From: a virus
IMG/VR virus record: IMGVR_UViG_3300044612_001159
Span: 32,001 to 96,000 of that record
Strand: one strand, 5' to 3'
Length of the DNA stretch: 64,000 bases
Part shown: piece by piece, positions 8,416 to 18,095 of the stretch
Layout of the letters: each line of letters starts with the position of its first letter
Numbering within the stretch: the first letter of the stretch is position 1
Notes under the pieces: model-generated
The model's input: the letters and a program-made list of their open reading frames with translations, nothing else
Database searches by the model: none
Told to the model about the DNA's origin: nothing
Translations under genes and position numbers: made by a program

Positions 8416-8535
8416 ATGATTAGAATACTATGCTACAAGTGCGGAGTCGTATTTGAAAAAGATTACGATACCAAGACTTTATGCCCGAACTGCGAAGATA
8501 AACTATTCGAGCAACAATCCTCTTTTGAAGAATAA
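8416..8535 (+). CDS. 39-aa zinc-ribbon protein
   Basis: CYKC...CPNC. Confidence 0.55.
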   Translation: MIRILCYKCGVVFEKDYDTKTLCPNCEDKLFEQQSSFEE

Positions 8536-8680
8536 TACAGTGCTATAATATTTTTGTATATGGATCAAGAAATGCTAGACAAGATAGCCAAGATCATATC
8601 TCCCTATCTTAAGACAAAGCACAAAGAAAAAGAGTCTCACGACTTGGCAAAACGAATATTTGAGGAGTTGAAAGAAAATT

Positions 8681-9235
8681 ATGACAACATTAGAAGTTTT
8701 CAATGAATCTCCATACAAACTTGTAAAAAACTATTTTAAGATAAATACAGATTGGGAGACAGCGCTTACTCTTTTGTATAAAAATTCTGACAAATCTCAG
8801 CATAGTCCTGGCGTTCTGTGGTTTAAGATTAAAAACCGTAAAATATTTAAAGAAATACCAGACCTAAAAACTTTTTGTGAAAATATAAATAAAGATTCTA
8901 ACTCAGAGTTTTTTGAAAATTGTTCGTTCAATGACGATTGGTATTCAGGATATTGTGATTGCTCTGGTTTATGGCATCTAGATGGACCTGTTTTATCTTT
9001 AGACTATCAAGGCATGCAATCTCACAAAGATGTATTCGATACAGCATATATTCAAATTTTGGGAAATTCTTTTTGGACACTTGGAGGAGAAATAGAGGTA
9101 ACACTAAACCCAGGAGATCTTCTATATGTATCTAAAAAAATAACTCACGCAGTAAAAGGCGAAGGACCAAGATTTGGTGCGCTAATTGTTGCCCCCAGAT
9201 ATAAGGGCAGTACAAACCTCAAAAACTCCATGTGA
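8681..9235 (+). CDS. cupin/JmjC-like oxygenase
   Basis: H.D...Q..G...W...L.PGDLLYV....H motif. Confidence 0.7.
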   Translation: MTTLEVFNESPYKLVKNYFKINTDWETALTLLYKNSDKSQHSPGVLWFKIKNRKIFKEIPDLKTFCENINKDSNSEFFENCSFNDDWYSGYCDCSGLWHLDGPVLSLDYQGMQSHKDVFDTAYIQILGNSFWTLGGEIEVTLNPGDLLYVSKKITHAVKGEGPRFGALIVAPRYKGSTNLKNSM

Positions 9236-9514
9236 CACAAAATGACCGCAAGGGCACGGCTCTGTTTTGCATGTGCAATCTTCTGGTTTAGGCAAATACT
9301 GTTTGTCGTTAGCAGTTTCAATAACATTGCAAGGCTTATTTGATTGATGTGCAACATATTCACCGCATGGACAAAACCCTATTTTACCCCATTGGCCTGT
9401 ATGACCACCACCACCAACCTGAACTACCTGACCATCATCACCAACATTGGCACTTCCAGAACATGTTCTAATATCTGTGCTATATTGCTGATTGGGGTGC
9501 TTATTTCGTTTCAT
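9182..9514 (-). CDS. Cys/Gly-rich hypothetical protein, leaderless
   Basis: TGGTAGACT extended -10 6 nt before ATG; two CPCG motifs. Confidence 0.5.
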   Translation of the reverse strand: MKRNKHPNQQYSTDIRTCSGSANVGDDGQVVQVGGGGHTGQWGKIGFCPCGEYVAHQSNKPCNVIETANDKQYLPKPEDCTCKTEPCPCGHFVSHGVFEVCTALISGGNN

Positions 9515-9561
9515 AATCATAGTCTACCATACAGACCAAATGATGGTATAATTAAATCAAC

Positions 9562-10143
9562 ATGGAAAATTTCAACAAAATCTACTTAGAAGAAAATATC
9601 TTTTACATAGAAAATTTTATATCAGATACTGACATAGAAGAGGTTCTTGCTAATGTCGGATCTTGGACTCTCAGAAGACAAGATCATCATGAAAAGATAT
9701 CATTTTCTATATTTGAGTCAGAAGAGGCGATTAATAAATTTAAAAAACTCGTCGAGGATAAAGTTTCTATTGTAACAAACAATAAAGATCAAAAACTAAG
9801 AAAGATATCCATGTTGCAAAAATATAGCCCTACCGACTCATCTCCATTGGCTTTAGGGTATCACTACGAAAACCACCCAGAATGTGATTACGAATCTAGA
9901 TGGATCACCCTTGGTGTTGTACTATACCTAAATGATGGATACGCAGGTGGAGAGTTAATATTTGAACACAAACCTATTGAGTTTGCCCCTAAGAAGGGAA
10001 CACTAATAGTGTTTCCAGCAAGTGAAGAATATAGTCATGCTGTAAAACAGGTCACAGGCAAGGATCGTATTGTATATTCTGCATTCGTATATGCTAAACA
10101 ATATTGGGACATATTAAATAGAGCAGGGTTTACTGACTTTTAA
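9562..10143 (+). CDS. 2OG-Fe(II) oxygenase (P4H-like, HxE)
   Basis: HYE...YLNDGYAGGEL...H.V..V....R. Confidence 0.85.
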   Translation: MENFNKIYLEENIFYIENFISDTDIEEVLANVGSWTLRRQDHHEKISFSIFESEEAINKFKKLVEDKVSIVTNNKDQKLRKISMLQKYSPTDSSPLALGYHYENHPECDYESRWITLGVVLYLNDGYAGGELIFEHKPIEFAPKKGTLIVFPASEEYSHAVKQVTGKDRIVYSAFVYAKQYWDILNRAGFTDF

Positions 10144-10684
10144 TAGCATTATCAAGAAACATCTGCAAAGTAACTCTTAGGTTATTACCTAAAACTGGGG
10201 TTGTATAGTGCAATTCAAACTTATCGTTGTAGACCAATAGCCCACGCTTAGGGGTTATTATGTTCCACTCTTGAGTCTGTTCATCCTTGTAGTGAAACAT
10301 ACCACCGTTATTAATACTCCACTCTTGGTTAAGATATACTGTTATTGGCTTTCTGCTATCTCCTACTTTGCCATCCTTATGAGGAGGTATATAGGATCCA
10401 GGGGTAAATAGGGTTACCTGTGCACCCACAGCATCACCTTTCTTTATAATTCCAAGGTCAATCAACTCATCTGATATTAAATCACACAACAAATCAGGGA
10501 CTATGTAGAGTATGGCTATGTGACTGTGCTCTCTTACATTTTCAGGCCAAGACATATTCGTAGTGGTTACAACTGGATTGGGGTATCCAAACTTAGATAT
10601 TTCTGAGGCATTATAGTAACTCATAGCAAAATTGTATAGTTCCTCACACAGGCTATCGCTAAGGCCTTTATCGTATATCTTCAC
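10130..10684 (-). CDS. 2OG-Fe(II) oxygenase
   Basis: HKD...YLN..W...GG...H.TTPV....R. Confidence 0.85.
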   Translation of the reverse strand: MKIYDKGLSDSLCEELYNFAMSYYNASEISKFGYPNPVVTTTNMSWPENVREHSHIAILYIVPDLLCDLISDELIDLGIIKKGDAVGAQVTLFTPGSYIPPHKDGKVGDSRKPITVYLNQEWSINNGGMFHYKDEQTQEWNIITPKRGLLVYNDKFELHYTTPVLGNNLRVTLQMFLDNAIKSQ

Positions 10685-10687
10685 GCC

Positions 10688-11002
10688 TTATTGTACCATT
10701 TTGATCGCTTTATTAATCATGCGTATCAAACCTCGTCTGGTTATCTTTGAGGCATCAAAGGTCTCTGTATAGCCTCCCTGTGGCATATATTCCTTGTCTA
10801 GGAAAGAACCATGTTTTTCCCTTAGTGTTCTTAGTACTAGTGTTTCTACGGCTCTTGCCTTATCCCGTTCGGAAAACCACCAATACTTAATCAATACCCA
10901 ACCCTTAGTCCTATGGCTTGCAAACCTTCTTCCGCTTACATCTGATATACCTATCTTGACAGCCTTATATACAGGGCTATAAAGTATATAAAGTAAAGTC
11001 AT
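10688..11002 (-). CDS. GIY-YIG/T5orf172-like nuclease
   Basis: LYILY...VKIGIS...R, E, GYTETF motifs. Confidence 0.6.
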   Translation of the reverse strand: MTLLYILYSPVYKAVKIGISDVSGRRFASHRTKGWVLIKYWWFSERDKARAVETLVLRTLREKHGSFLDKEYMPQGGYTETFDASKITRRGLIRMINKAIKMVQ

Positions 11003-11029
11003 GTCTTTATTATACCCCGTCGAAAATGA

Positions 11030-11659
11030 CTATTTAAAAAGCACTTCTCTTGTTGAGTCTTTGGTAAACCACATGGGGATAGTATATCTGTCTTCGTTTG
11101 TAATATTTATTTGATGAACCATATCAACATTGTGCGATGGAAAAATTACTAAATTCCCTAAACTTGGCTTGATTGACAAATTCATAGTTGGAAAATAAAG
11201 TTCTCCACCATCATTTACTGTATTTAAATATAAAATAGAACTATAAGCAAAATGTTGTTGATACCCACTTCCCACATCAGAATGAACCCTTAGCCAATCA
11301 CCCTTTAAATGTTTAGCCAACCACAAAGAGGTCAGATACTGGGTCTCTTTTTCCTCATATAATTCTTTTATATTTGTTTTTGCTTTTTCAACTATACTTT
11401 TGATTAAATCCTCTATGTCTTCAAGCCTTGTTATAAATTTTTCTGGTTTATACGTTTTCATTTCGTCGTCTTGTCCAAACCTTCTTTTATAAAATCTATT
11501 TTCAAGATAAACAAAGTTTGGACTTGATCCATCGCTCATCCAAGGTTCGGCATTAATAATATTACGATTTATATAATTAATTATTTTATTTGATTCTTCC
11601 GTGTTTATAAAATTTTCAACGATTTTTACTTTTTCTTCTGGATCTTGAAATGCTGTCAT
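11030..11659 (-). CDS. 2OG-Fe(II) oxygenase
   Basis: HSD...YLN...GGELYFP...H......R. Confidence 0.85.
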   Translation of the reverse strand: MTAFQDPEEKVKIVENFINTEESNKIINYINRNIINAEPWMSDGSSPNFVYLENRFYKRRFGQDDEMKTYKPEKFITRLEDIEDLIKSIVEKAKTNIKELYEEKETQYLTSLWLAKHLKGDWLRVHSDVGSGYQQHFAYSSILYLNTVNDGGELYFPTMNLSIKPSLGNLVIFPSHNVDMVHQINITNEDRYTIPMWFTKDSTREVLFK

Positions 11660-11818
11660 TTATCTATTGTATCATAGGGTATAATTAATATATGAATGAA
11701 CAAAAAATAAAACAAAGCGTTAGGGCTTTAACAGTCCTATTTGGAATATTTATTGCCGTAACCATAATTGCAGCCATATTTGCTTGACATATAGCCATAA
11801 ACCTGTCATACTAGTAGT

Positions 11819-12334
11819 ATGCAAACATTTCTACCATCTCAAGACTTTACCCAGTCTGCCCAAATACTAGACTCAAAGCGCCTTAACAAACAAATATTAG
11901 AGTGCTACCAGATTCTCAATGTTCTATCTGGCAAGTCGCCTACAGGTGGATGGCGTAATCATCCAGCAGTATTGATGTGGCGTGGCTTTGAGCGAGGTCT
12001 ATGGGCGTATGTGCAGGCTATGATTGTGGAAGCCAAGTATCGTGGTATCAAGACAGAAAACAATGAGACAAACCTGAACAGACTTAAAGACCAGTGTTGG
12101 GATGATTGGGGTAGCGATGCTCCAGCATTTTGGTTTGACAACAACAAATTGTCTAGGGTTACTACTACACACAAGGTAAGTTTGTTTAACAAAGATCCTT
12201 TGTATTATGCAAGGTTTCAGCCACATGTTAATAGTTTCTTTAACTCCCCTTGCTGTCCTGAGCGTAAGTTGCCGTGTAAGTATTATTGGCCAACACACGA
12301 AAAAGTAACCGATAGTGCCCTTGTAGGGAATTGA
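11819..12334 (+). CDS. pyrimidine-dimer DNA glycosylase/endonuclease V family
   Basis: MQTFLP...LD.KRLNKQ.LE..Q, GWRNHPAVLMW. Confidence 0.85.
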   Translation: MQTFLPSQDFTQSAQILDSKRLNKQILECYQILNVLSGKSPTGGWRNHPAVLMWRGFERGLWAYVQAMIVEAKYRGIKTENNETNLNRLKDQCWDDWGSDAPAFWFDNNKLSRVTTTHKVSLFNKDPLYYARFQPHVNSFFNSPCCPERKLPCKYYWPTHEKVTDSALVGN

Positions 12335-12364
12335 TAAGTTTTTTTTATTTTCCGCCAAAATTTA
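12306..12364 (+). repeat. ~60-bp element, copy 2
   Basis: matches 8291-8352 with a compensatory change in the hairpin. Confidence 0.6.
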
Positions 12365-12533
12365 AAACATGATATAATCTAGATATGGAAAAATCAAGGT
12401 GTCATTTTTGCGATAAAGAAGCACAATACTACGATGTTGTGCTAAAAAACGCCGAATACATTGTGGGCGATGTTTGCGTAGATCACCTTTCCGTAGAATT
12501 TGTATCCTAGAAACTGGATGGTATAATAAAAAA

Positions 12534-13304
12534 ATGACATATAGTGCTGAAGACTACAAAGAAAGAAATGTAACTAAACTGGTAGAGATTTGGGAGCCAA
12601 GAAAAGAATACATTGAAAAAGACCTGTGGGTAATAAGAAACTTTCTTTCAGATGAAGAATTGGTTTGGTTAAATAAAGAAGCAAATAATCCAGTTGGGTG
12701 GTACACCACAATGAGATCACCTTATGGGGGTAATACTAAAAACAAATTTTTAGGTTATATACCAGATTACGATCCCGTCAGTGGGGCTATGCTTGTTCCT
12801 AAAGACAACTCTAGGTGGGGATACAAAGATCCCGTAGGATATTTTGAGCCTAGATTAGAGGCTGTAATGCCTAAGTATTTTGCTGGTGCTGGTGCACTTC
12901 AATCTTTTTTTGAAGTTCCTGAAGAGCAGATTATTGCAGAACTTGGCAGTACTGTTGACTATGCTATGGACTGGCACTGGGAAAGAGACGATAATGACGA
13001 TGAAGAGCAGCAAAGAACAATTGTAGTAAATTCAAAAACTCAAGGGAAAAGAATATTAAGTGAAGCAAAGATTTCTGCATCTTTGAGCATTTATATAAAT
13101 GATAACTTTGATGGTGGAGTTCTTGAGTTTAAGAATAAAGATTATGTAATCAATCCAGAGCCAGGCATGCTAGTTAATGTTCCTTTATATAAAGAGTTTG
13201 AGCATAGAGTTACAAAAGTTACTAATGGAAATCGACACACTATATATGGAAGATGTTGGGATAGTTTAGAAGGAATCTACAAGTCAACAGATGAAGACTG
13301 CTAA
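12534..13304 (+). CDS. 2OG-Fe(II) oxygenase (WYxTMRSPY / C-terminal Cys subfamily)
   Basis: HWE, YINDNFDGG.LEF, HRV..V..G.R; leaderless start. Confidence 0.85.
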   Translation: MTYSAEDYKERNVTKLVEIWEPRKEYIEKDLWVIRNFLSDEELVWLNKEANNPVGWYTTMRSPYGGNTKNKFLGYIPDYDPVSGAMLVPKDNSRWGYKDPVGYFEPRLEAVMPKYFAGAGALQSFFEVPEEQIIAELGSTVDYAMDWHWERDDNDDEEQQRTIVVNSKTQGKRILSEAKISASLSIYINDNFDGGVLEFKNKDYVINPEPGMLVNVPLYKEFEHRVTKVTNGNRHTIYGRCWDSLEGIYKSTDEDC

Positions 13305-13535
13305 ATGAATAAAAGAATATTAAAAGATGGATCAGAAGTAGATTCATATGATAAGCCAGTTGATTTAATTATTCATACAAAAGCACCTGGAAAATGGAAA
13401 TTAATAGATTTAGAAACTGGTCAAGAATATCTTGGATCAGAAATACCGCATGGTACATTTTCAGAAGTTTTAAGAAACAAAGTTTTAAATGGTATCATCG
13501 GCTCTTGGTTCAAAACCAAGGGTAGAGATATTTGA
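13305..13535 (+). CDS. hypothetical protein
   Basis: ORF track. Confidence 0.65.
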   Translation: MNKRILKDGSEVDSYDKPVDLIIHTKAPGKWKLIDLETGQEYLGSEIPHGTFSEVLRNKVLNGIIGSWFKTKGRDI

Positions 13536-13566
13536 CAAACCAATCACAGTAAGGTATACTTAAAAT

Positions 13567-13818
13567 ATGGAACAATGGGTAAACGACTACGCATCATATG
13601 TGCTTGTTTTAAGCGGTGCTGCTGCTATGTTTGTAATTGGCAGAAAGAAAAGATTTGGCTGGCTTTGGTTTATATTTAATGAATTTATGTGGACTGCATA
13701 TGCTCTAATTACAAAGCAGTATGGGTTTATACTTGGTGCTATCCTGTATGGTGTAGTGGGAGTTAAGTCTTTCATTCATTGGAAAGAAAAAGATAAAACA
13801 GAAAGGTTAATGCATTAA
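13567..13818 (+). CDS. PnuC-like small membrane protein
   Basis: 3 TM segments, GRKKRFGWL.....E..W. Confidence 0.55.
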   Translation: MEQWVNDYASYVLVLSGAAAMFVIGRKKRFGWLWFIFNEFMWTAYALITKQYGFILGAILYGVVGVKSFIHWKEKDKTERLMH

Positions 13819-13914
13819 TTATGATTAGTTTATTTTTTTTAATTCCAGCATTTGTTGCTGGATATATAGTTTGTTACCTAGTTATGACCTGGGGAGTTGA
13901 TCAAAACTAAGTTT

Positions 13915-14556
13915 TTAAGAAAGGCTATTTCTAAATTCACAAATATTTTTAAAAACTTCATCATTTGGCCATAATTTTTGTAAATCAGAATAGTCAGTCG
14001 GATTTTCTTTTTTTGCAAATCTAAAAAAAATCATTTTTACAAAATCTCCATCATTAAATATTTTGTTGGGTCGCCAGTGTGCAGTTTTATTTGGATTAAA
14101 AACTAGGGCAGAGTTGTTTTTAATTTCATAAGTTTCAAAATTTACACCAATATCCCATCTTGTGTTTGAGTCAAATTGATAGTTAACTATTAAGTCGTTA
14201 TTGTCACCATCATAATGCGGAGGCAGACTTGGTGTTCCATACCTAGAACTATATTCTACATATGTGATAGAGGATAGCGTTAGATCAAGGCCAGAGATAT
14301 AGTTTGCAAGTTTTGTCAATCTTATAGTGAGTGATTTGTCCGCAAGTTCTAAGTTTTTAACAGGAAATAAATCTGAAATATTATTGATATTAAATTGTAT
14401 TCTTCCGAGATACTTTGAAACAGAAATATATGAATCTTGATCATCAAATATAAAATTTCCATATTCGTCTTTTGGTGCTTCAAGATCTTTTGTTATATTA
14501 TTAAATATTGAAATTTCTTTTTCAGAAAGTAAATTATCAATAATTTTTGTATCCAT
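13915..14556 (-). CDS. 2OG-Fe(II) oxygenase-like
   Basis: PPHYD...HWRP; paralog of the 15811 N-domain. Confidence 0.75.
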   Translation of the reverse strand: MDTKIIDNLLSEKEISIFNNITKDLEAPKDEYGNFIFDDQDSYISVSKYLGRIQFNINNISDLFPVKNLELADKSLTIRLTKLANYISGLDLTLSSITYVEYSSRYGTPSLPPHYDGDNNDLIVNYQFDSNTRWDIGVNFETYEIKNNSALVFNPNKTAHWRPNKIFNDGDFVKMIFFRFAKKENPTDYSDLQKLWPNDEVFKNICEFRNSLS

Positions 14557-14614
14557 TCTGTAATTATATCATGCAGAATTTGACAAAACTGCTATTTTAC
14601 GATAAAATTATATT

Positions 14615-14719
14615 ATGAGTAGACATATAACATGCCCAATTTGCAAAAAAGAGTGGGAACTAAGGTGGGGAATTATGGCAAATGAGTCCTTATCCAGACA
14701 TATGAAGGAGCATAAGTGA
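14615..14719 (+). CDS. 34-aa C2H2-like zinc-binding microprotein
   Basis: CPIC...RHMKEH; leaderless promoter. Confidence 0.5.
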   Translation: MSRHITCPICKKEWELRWGIMANESLSRHMKEHK

Positions 14720-15165
14720 AACCACTAGCACACATATACGATGTTGACGGAACTCTTGCGAATGTAGATCCATTTTTACACCATGTTCGTGGTGGCAACA
14801 AAGATTACGATGCTTTTCACTATTCTTCCATTGATGCCCTGCCAAATTTTGATGTAATTGAAATGTTAAATAATTCTTATAATGATAAATATTCAGTCAT
14901 CATTGTTACATCAAGAAAAGAAAAGTATCGTGGAATCACATCTCTATGGTTGCAAAAAAACAATGTAAGAAGCCATGCCCTGTTTATGAGAGCGGACAAT
15001 GACAACAGACCAGACTATGAAGTTAAAAAAGACATACTAGATAAAATAAATGAACTATGGAACGTAACACATGCAGTTGATGATAACCCACATGTAATAA
15101 AACTATGGGAAGAAAATAATATCCCTACCACAAAAATAGGCACATGGGACGGAGATCGTAGTTGA
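14716..15165 (+). CDS. HAD-family phosphatase (PNK/PseT phosphatase-like)
   Basis: DVDGTL, TSR, LFMR...RPD..VK, DD. Confidence 0.85.
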   Translation: MKPLAHIYDVDGTLANVDPFLHHVRGGNKDYDAFHYSSIDALPNFDVIEMLNNSYNDKYSVIIVTSRKEKYRGITSLWLQKNNVRSHALFMRADNDNRPDYEVKKDILDKINELWNVTHAVDDNPHVIKLWEENNIPTTKIGTWDGDRS

Positions 15166-15356
15166 CCTCAAGAGTTGGCTATGGTATGATTACTATATGA
15201 AAAAAACTAACAACAAAGTATCACAACATAAGGCAAAGCGTTACGCTAAAAATAAAAAGAGGCTTAAAGATAAACCACATCTTTCTAAGTTTGAGCGCCA
15301 ACAAATTGCAAAAAGGGCAGAAATTTTAGGCGCATCGTTGCAAAGCATGACTAACC

Positions 15357-15620
15357 ATGCTAGATAATATAATCAAACTTATATTTTCTTGGGAAAAACT
15401 TAGGCTTGCAGTTTTTGCTGAAGTAGATTGGTATAATTCAATTACCAGAACACTAAACGATCCAGACTCTATGAAAACTGCTTCCGCTTTTTGGTGTGAA
15501 GAAGATGGATGGCGTGGCTGGGGCATTAAAGATGATGGCTCATATTATTTTCACGATGTACCAGAAAAACACCTTAGTGATATATTTGATATAATAATAG
15601 ATAAAGAAACAGTATACTAA
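15357..15620 (+). CDS. hypothetical protein
   Basis: ORF track. Confidence 0.6.
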   Translation: MLDNIIKLIFSWEKLRLAVFAEVDWYNSITRTLNDPDSMKTASAFWCEEDGWRGWGIKDDGSYYFHDVPEKHLSDIFDIIIDKETVY

Positions 15621-15632
15621 AGGAGATGCAGT

Positions 15633-15818
15633 ATGGCATGTGGATGTGGATTTTCAACTGAGTACCCAGCCTGTAACGGAACTCATAAAGTTGTAAAGGC
15701 TGTAAAAGATAAAATTATTGCTGACATTGAGGCAATCGATATATCTGATGGAAAGTTAAACGGCTTGGGCATGAAAATGCTTGTGATTGAAGCGGTTAAA
15801 AAGGTAAAGGGTGTATGA
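15633..15818 (+). CDS. CDGSH iron-sulfur domain protein
   Basis: CGCG.S..YPACNGTH. Confidence 0.75.
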   Translation: MACGCGFSTEYPACNGTHKVVKAVKDKIIADIEAIDISDGKLNGLGMKMLVIEAVKKVKGV

Positions 15819-16764
15819 CTTGACTATTTTTTACAACGAATGCGTAAAAAATAAAAATGTTTGGAAAATAGAAAATGTTTTTTCAGATACAGAATTAAAA
15901 AACATTTATGAAAAAGTTAATCAAAAAAGAAACGAGTTTGATGAAAATTTTGTTTTTCATGGAGACTCTAGCCTAGAAGATGTAAGCGGAATAGGACCAG
16001 ATCCAGACCTTGGCAGGTTTAGAATTGGAAGAATAGAAATAACACAAGAAGTTTTTAAAAAAATAAACGATTTATTAAAAGATAAAACAAATAAAAATTT
16101 AAAACTAAGCGGTATAAGTTGTGTTGAATACAGCAATGAATACGGGGATCCAAATTTACCACCACACTTCGATTCTTGCGAAACAGATTTAATTATAAAC
16201 TTTCAATTACAATCTAATACCGAATGGGAGTTAGGATTAAATTTAGAAGTTTATAAACTCGAAGACAATTCAGCATTAATTTTTAATCCTAATGAAATAA
16301 TTCACTGGAGGCCTTTTAAAAAATTTAAAGATCAAGAGTTTGTCAAGATGATTTTTTTTAGATTTACAGATTACAAAACAGACAATAGTCATTTAATGCT
16401 AAGTCAAGACGACGAAATTTTTAGCGAAGTTCTTAAATATAGAATGAGTTTGTGTCATAACTTACAAGACTGTGACTGCTTTTGTGATGATTGCAAAAAG
16501 GCACAAAAAAATATTATAGATAAAATTATTGAAGAGTATAGAACTTGTCCAAATATAGTTCAATCAGAAGACAGACTATTTTGTTATACATGGTGGAGAC
16601 ATGACGATTGTGAAAGAATTAGAGAGTTGTTGTATAGGATTACTAAAAATCGTTTATATACCCTGCCAGAAATAAGACCATCAGTTAGTACTGCCATAGA
16701 AGAAATGATTAATGATCCAGATACCGCAGAAATATTACGAAGACTTGAAGACAGCGGTATTTGA
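15811..16764 (+). CDS. 2OG-Fe(II) oxygenase-like domain fused to a Cys-containing C-terminal domain
   Basis: PPHFD...HWRP, then ~100 extra aa. Confidence 0.7.
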   Translation: MYDLTIFYNECVKNKNVWKIENVFSDTELKNIYEKVNQKRNEFDENFVFHGDSSLEDVSGIGPDPDLGRFRIGRIEITQEVFKKINDLLKDKTNKNLKLSGISCVEYSNEYGDPNLPPHFDSCETDLIINFQLQSNTEWELGLNLEVYKLEDNSALIFNPNEIIHWRPFKKFKDQEFVKMIFFRFTDYKTDNSHLMLSQDDEIFSEVLKYRMSLCHNLQDCDCFCDDCKKAQKNIIDKIIEEYRTCPNIVQSEDRLFCYTWWRHDDCERIRELLYRITKNRLYTLPEIRPSVSTAIEEMINDPDTAEILRRLEDSGI

Positions 16765-16797
16765 CAAGCAGTACAATACAAACTATAATTAAATAAT

Positions 16798-16874
16798 GGA
16801 GCAGTAGCCAAGTTGGTCAAGGCCCCGAACTCATAATTCGGCTATCGTAGGTTCAAGTCCTACCTGCTCTACCA
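16798..16874 (+). tRNA. tRNA-Met/Ile2(CAT), elongator type
   Basis: CCGAA-CTCATAA-TTCGG arm; encoded CCA. Confidence 0.9.
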
Positions 16875-16875
16875 T

Positions 16876-16948
16876 GTCTCCATCGTCTAGTGGCCTAGGA
16901 CTCTGCCCTTTCACGGCAGCAACACGGATTCGAATTCCGTTGGAGATA
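16876..16948 (+). tRNA. tRNA-Glu(TTC)
   Basis: CTGCC-CTTTCAC-GGCAG arm; cloverleaf. Confidence 0.9.
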
Positions 16949-16952
16949 CAAT

Positions 16953-17024
16953 ACCTCTGTAACTCAGCGGAAGAGTAGCGGACTTCTAATCCGTTTGTCG
17001 CAGGTTCGATTCCTGCCAGGGGTG
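16953..17024 (+). tRNA. tRNA-Arg(TCT)
   Basis: GCGGA-CTTCTAA-TCCGT arm; cloverleaf. Confidence 0.9.
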
Positions 17025-17046
17025 CTATAATAGTTTTGGAGGAATA

Positions 17047-17805
17047 ATGATTATACAAATTATAGGTTTGCCTGGATCTGGCAAGACTGCATTAGCGACG
17101 GCACTTAAAGAAAGAATTAATGCCATACATCTTAATGCTGATGAGGTAAGGTCTACAGTTAATTCTGATCTTGGTTTTACCGCCGAAGATAGGATTGAGC
17201 AGGCTCGTCGCATGGGAGAGATGGCAAGGTTAATTGCAAATCAAGGTGTTGCTCCTGTCATTGTTGACTTTGTTTGTCCTACTAATGAAACTAGAGAAGC
17301 CTTTGGTCCAGCAGATGTTGTTGTTTGGGTAGATAGAGTTAAGCAGGGCAGGTTTGAAGATACAAACAAAATGTGGCAAGACCCAGAAAGATTTGATATC
17401 AGAATTCTAGACGGATACACATTAGATCAGGAAGTAGACACTGTAATACAGGCTGGTGCCTTGTTTGATTGGTCTGCCCCAACAACTCTTCAGTTAGGAA
17501 GATATCAGCCTTGGCATGAAGGGCATCAGGCTCTCAAAGAAGAGGCTCACAAAAGAACTAAGCAGGTATTAGTAGGTGTTCGCAATACATACAAGACATC
17601 AGAAAAGGATCCATTGAAGTATGATGAGGTTGCAACATATATTCAGCAAGATAATCCATTTAAGGATACATTAGTATTACGACTGCCAAATATTACAAAT
17701 ATTGTTTATGGTCGTGATGTAGGCTATAAGATTGAACAAGTAGATTTGGGAGCAAACATTCATGCTATATCGGCTACGCAAAAGCGTAAAGAAATGGGCA
17801 TCTAA
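17047..17805 (+). CDS. cysC: adenylylsulfate kinase fused to an HxGH nucleotidyltransferase
   Basis: GLPGSGKT, D.VR, DLGF...DR; C-domain GRYQPWHEGH and IVYGRD. Confidence 0.75.
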   Translation: MIIQIIGLPGSGKTALATALKERINAIHLNADEVRSTVNSDLGFTAEDRIEQARRMGEMARLIANQGVAPVIVDFVCPTNETREAFGPADVVVWVDRVKQGRFEDTNKMWQDPERFDIRILDGYTLDQEVDTVIQAGALFDWSAPTTLQLGRYQPWHEGHQALKEEAHKRTKQVLVGVRNTYKTSEKDPLKYDEVATYIQQDNPFKDTLVLRLPNITNIVYGRDVGYKIEQVDLGANIHAISATQKRKEMGI

Positions 17806-17838
17806 AATATTAGATAAAATAGGCAATGATAAAATTGA

Positions 17839-18051
17839 GTGGCCTTCGTGAAAGTAACTAGGGCAAGATCATTTGTTAAGGCACTAAGTTACCGCATATG
17901 GGGAACTCTTTCTTCATTTGTTGTTGCCTTTGTGATTACAAAAAATGCTACAATATCAGGAGCAATCGCTTTTTGGGAAACAGTAATTAAAGTATTTATC
18001 TACTATGCCCATGAGCGTGGCTGGAACTATATACAGTGGGGGAGAAGGTAG
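17839..18051 (+). CDS. DUF2061 membrane protein
   Basis: RS..KA.SYR...YYAHER.W...WG. Confidence 0.8.
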   Translation: MAFVKVTRARSFVKALSYRIWGTLSSFVVAFVITKNATISGAIAFWETVIKVFIYYAHERGWNYIQWGRR

Positions 18052-18095
18052 TTTTTCTGATCTAATCAGAAACAAAACTATGGTATCATATCCAT

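Noticed and set aside
16831-17058. 75-aa minus-strand ORF
   Set aside because: Antisense shadow of three tRNA genes.
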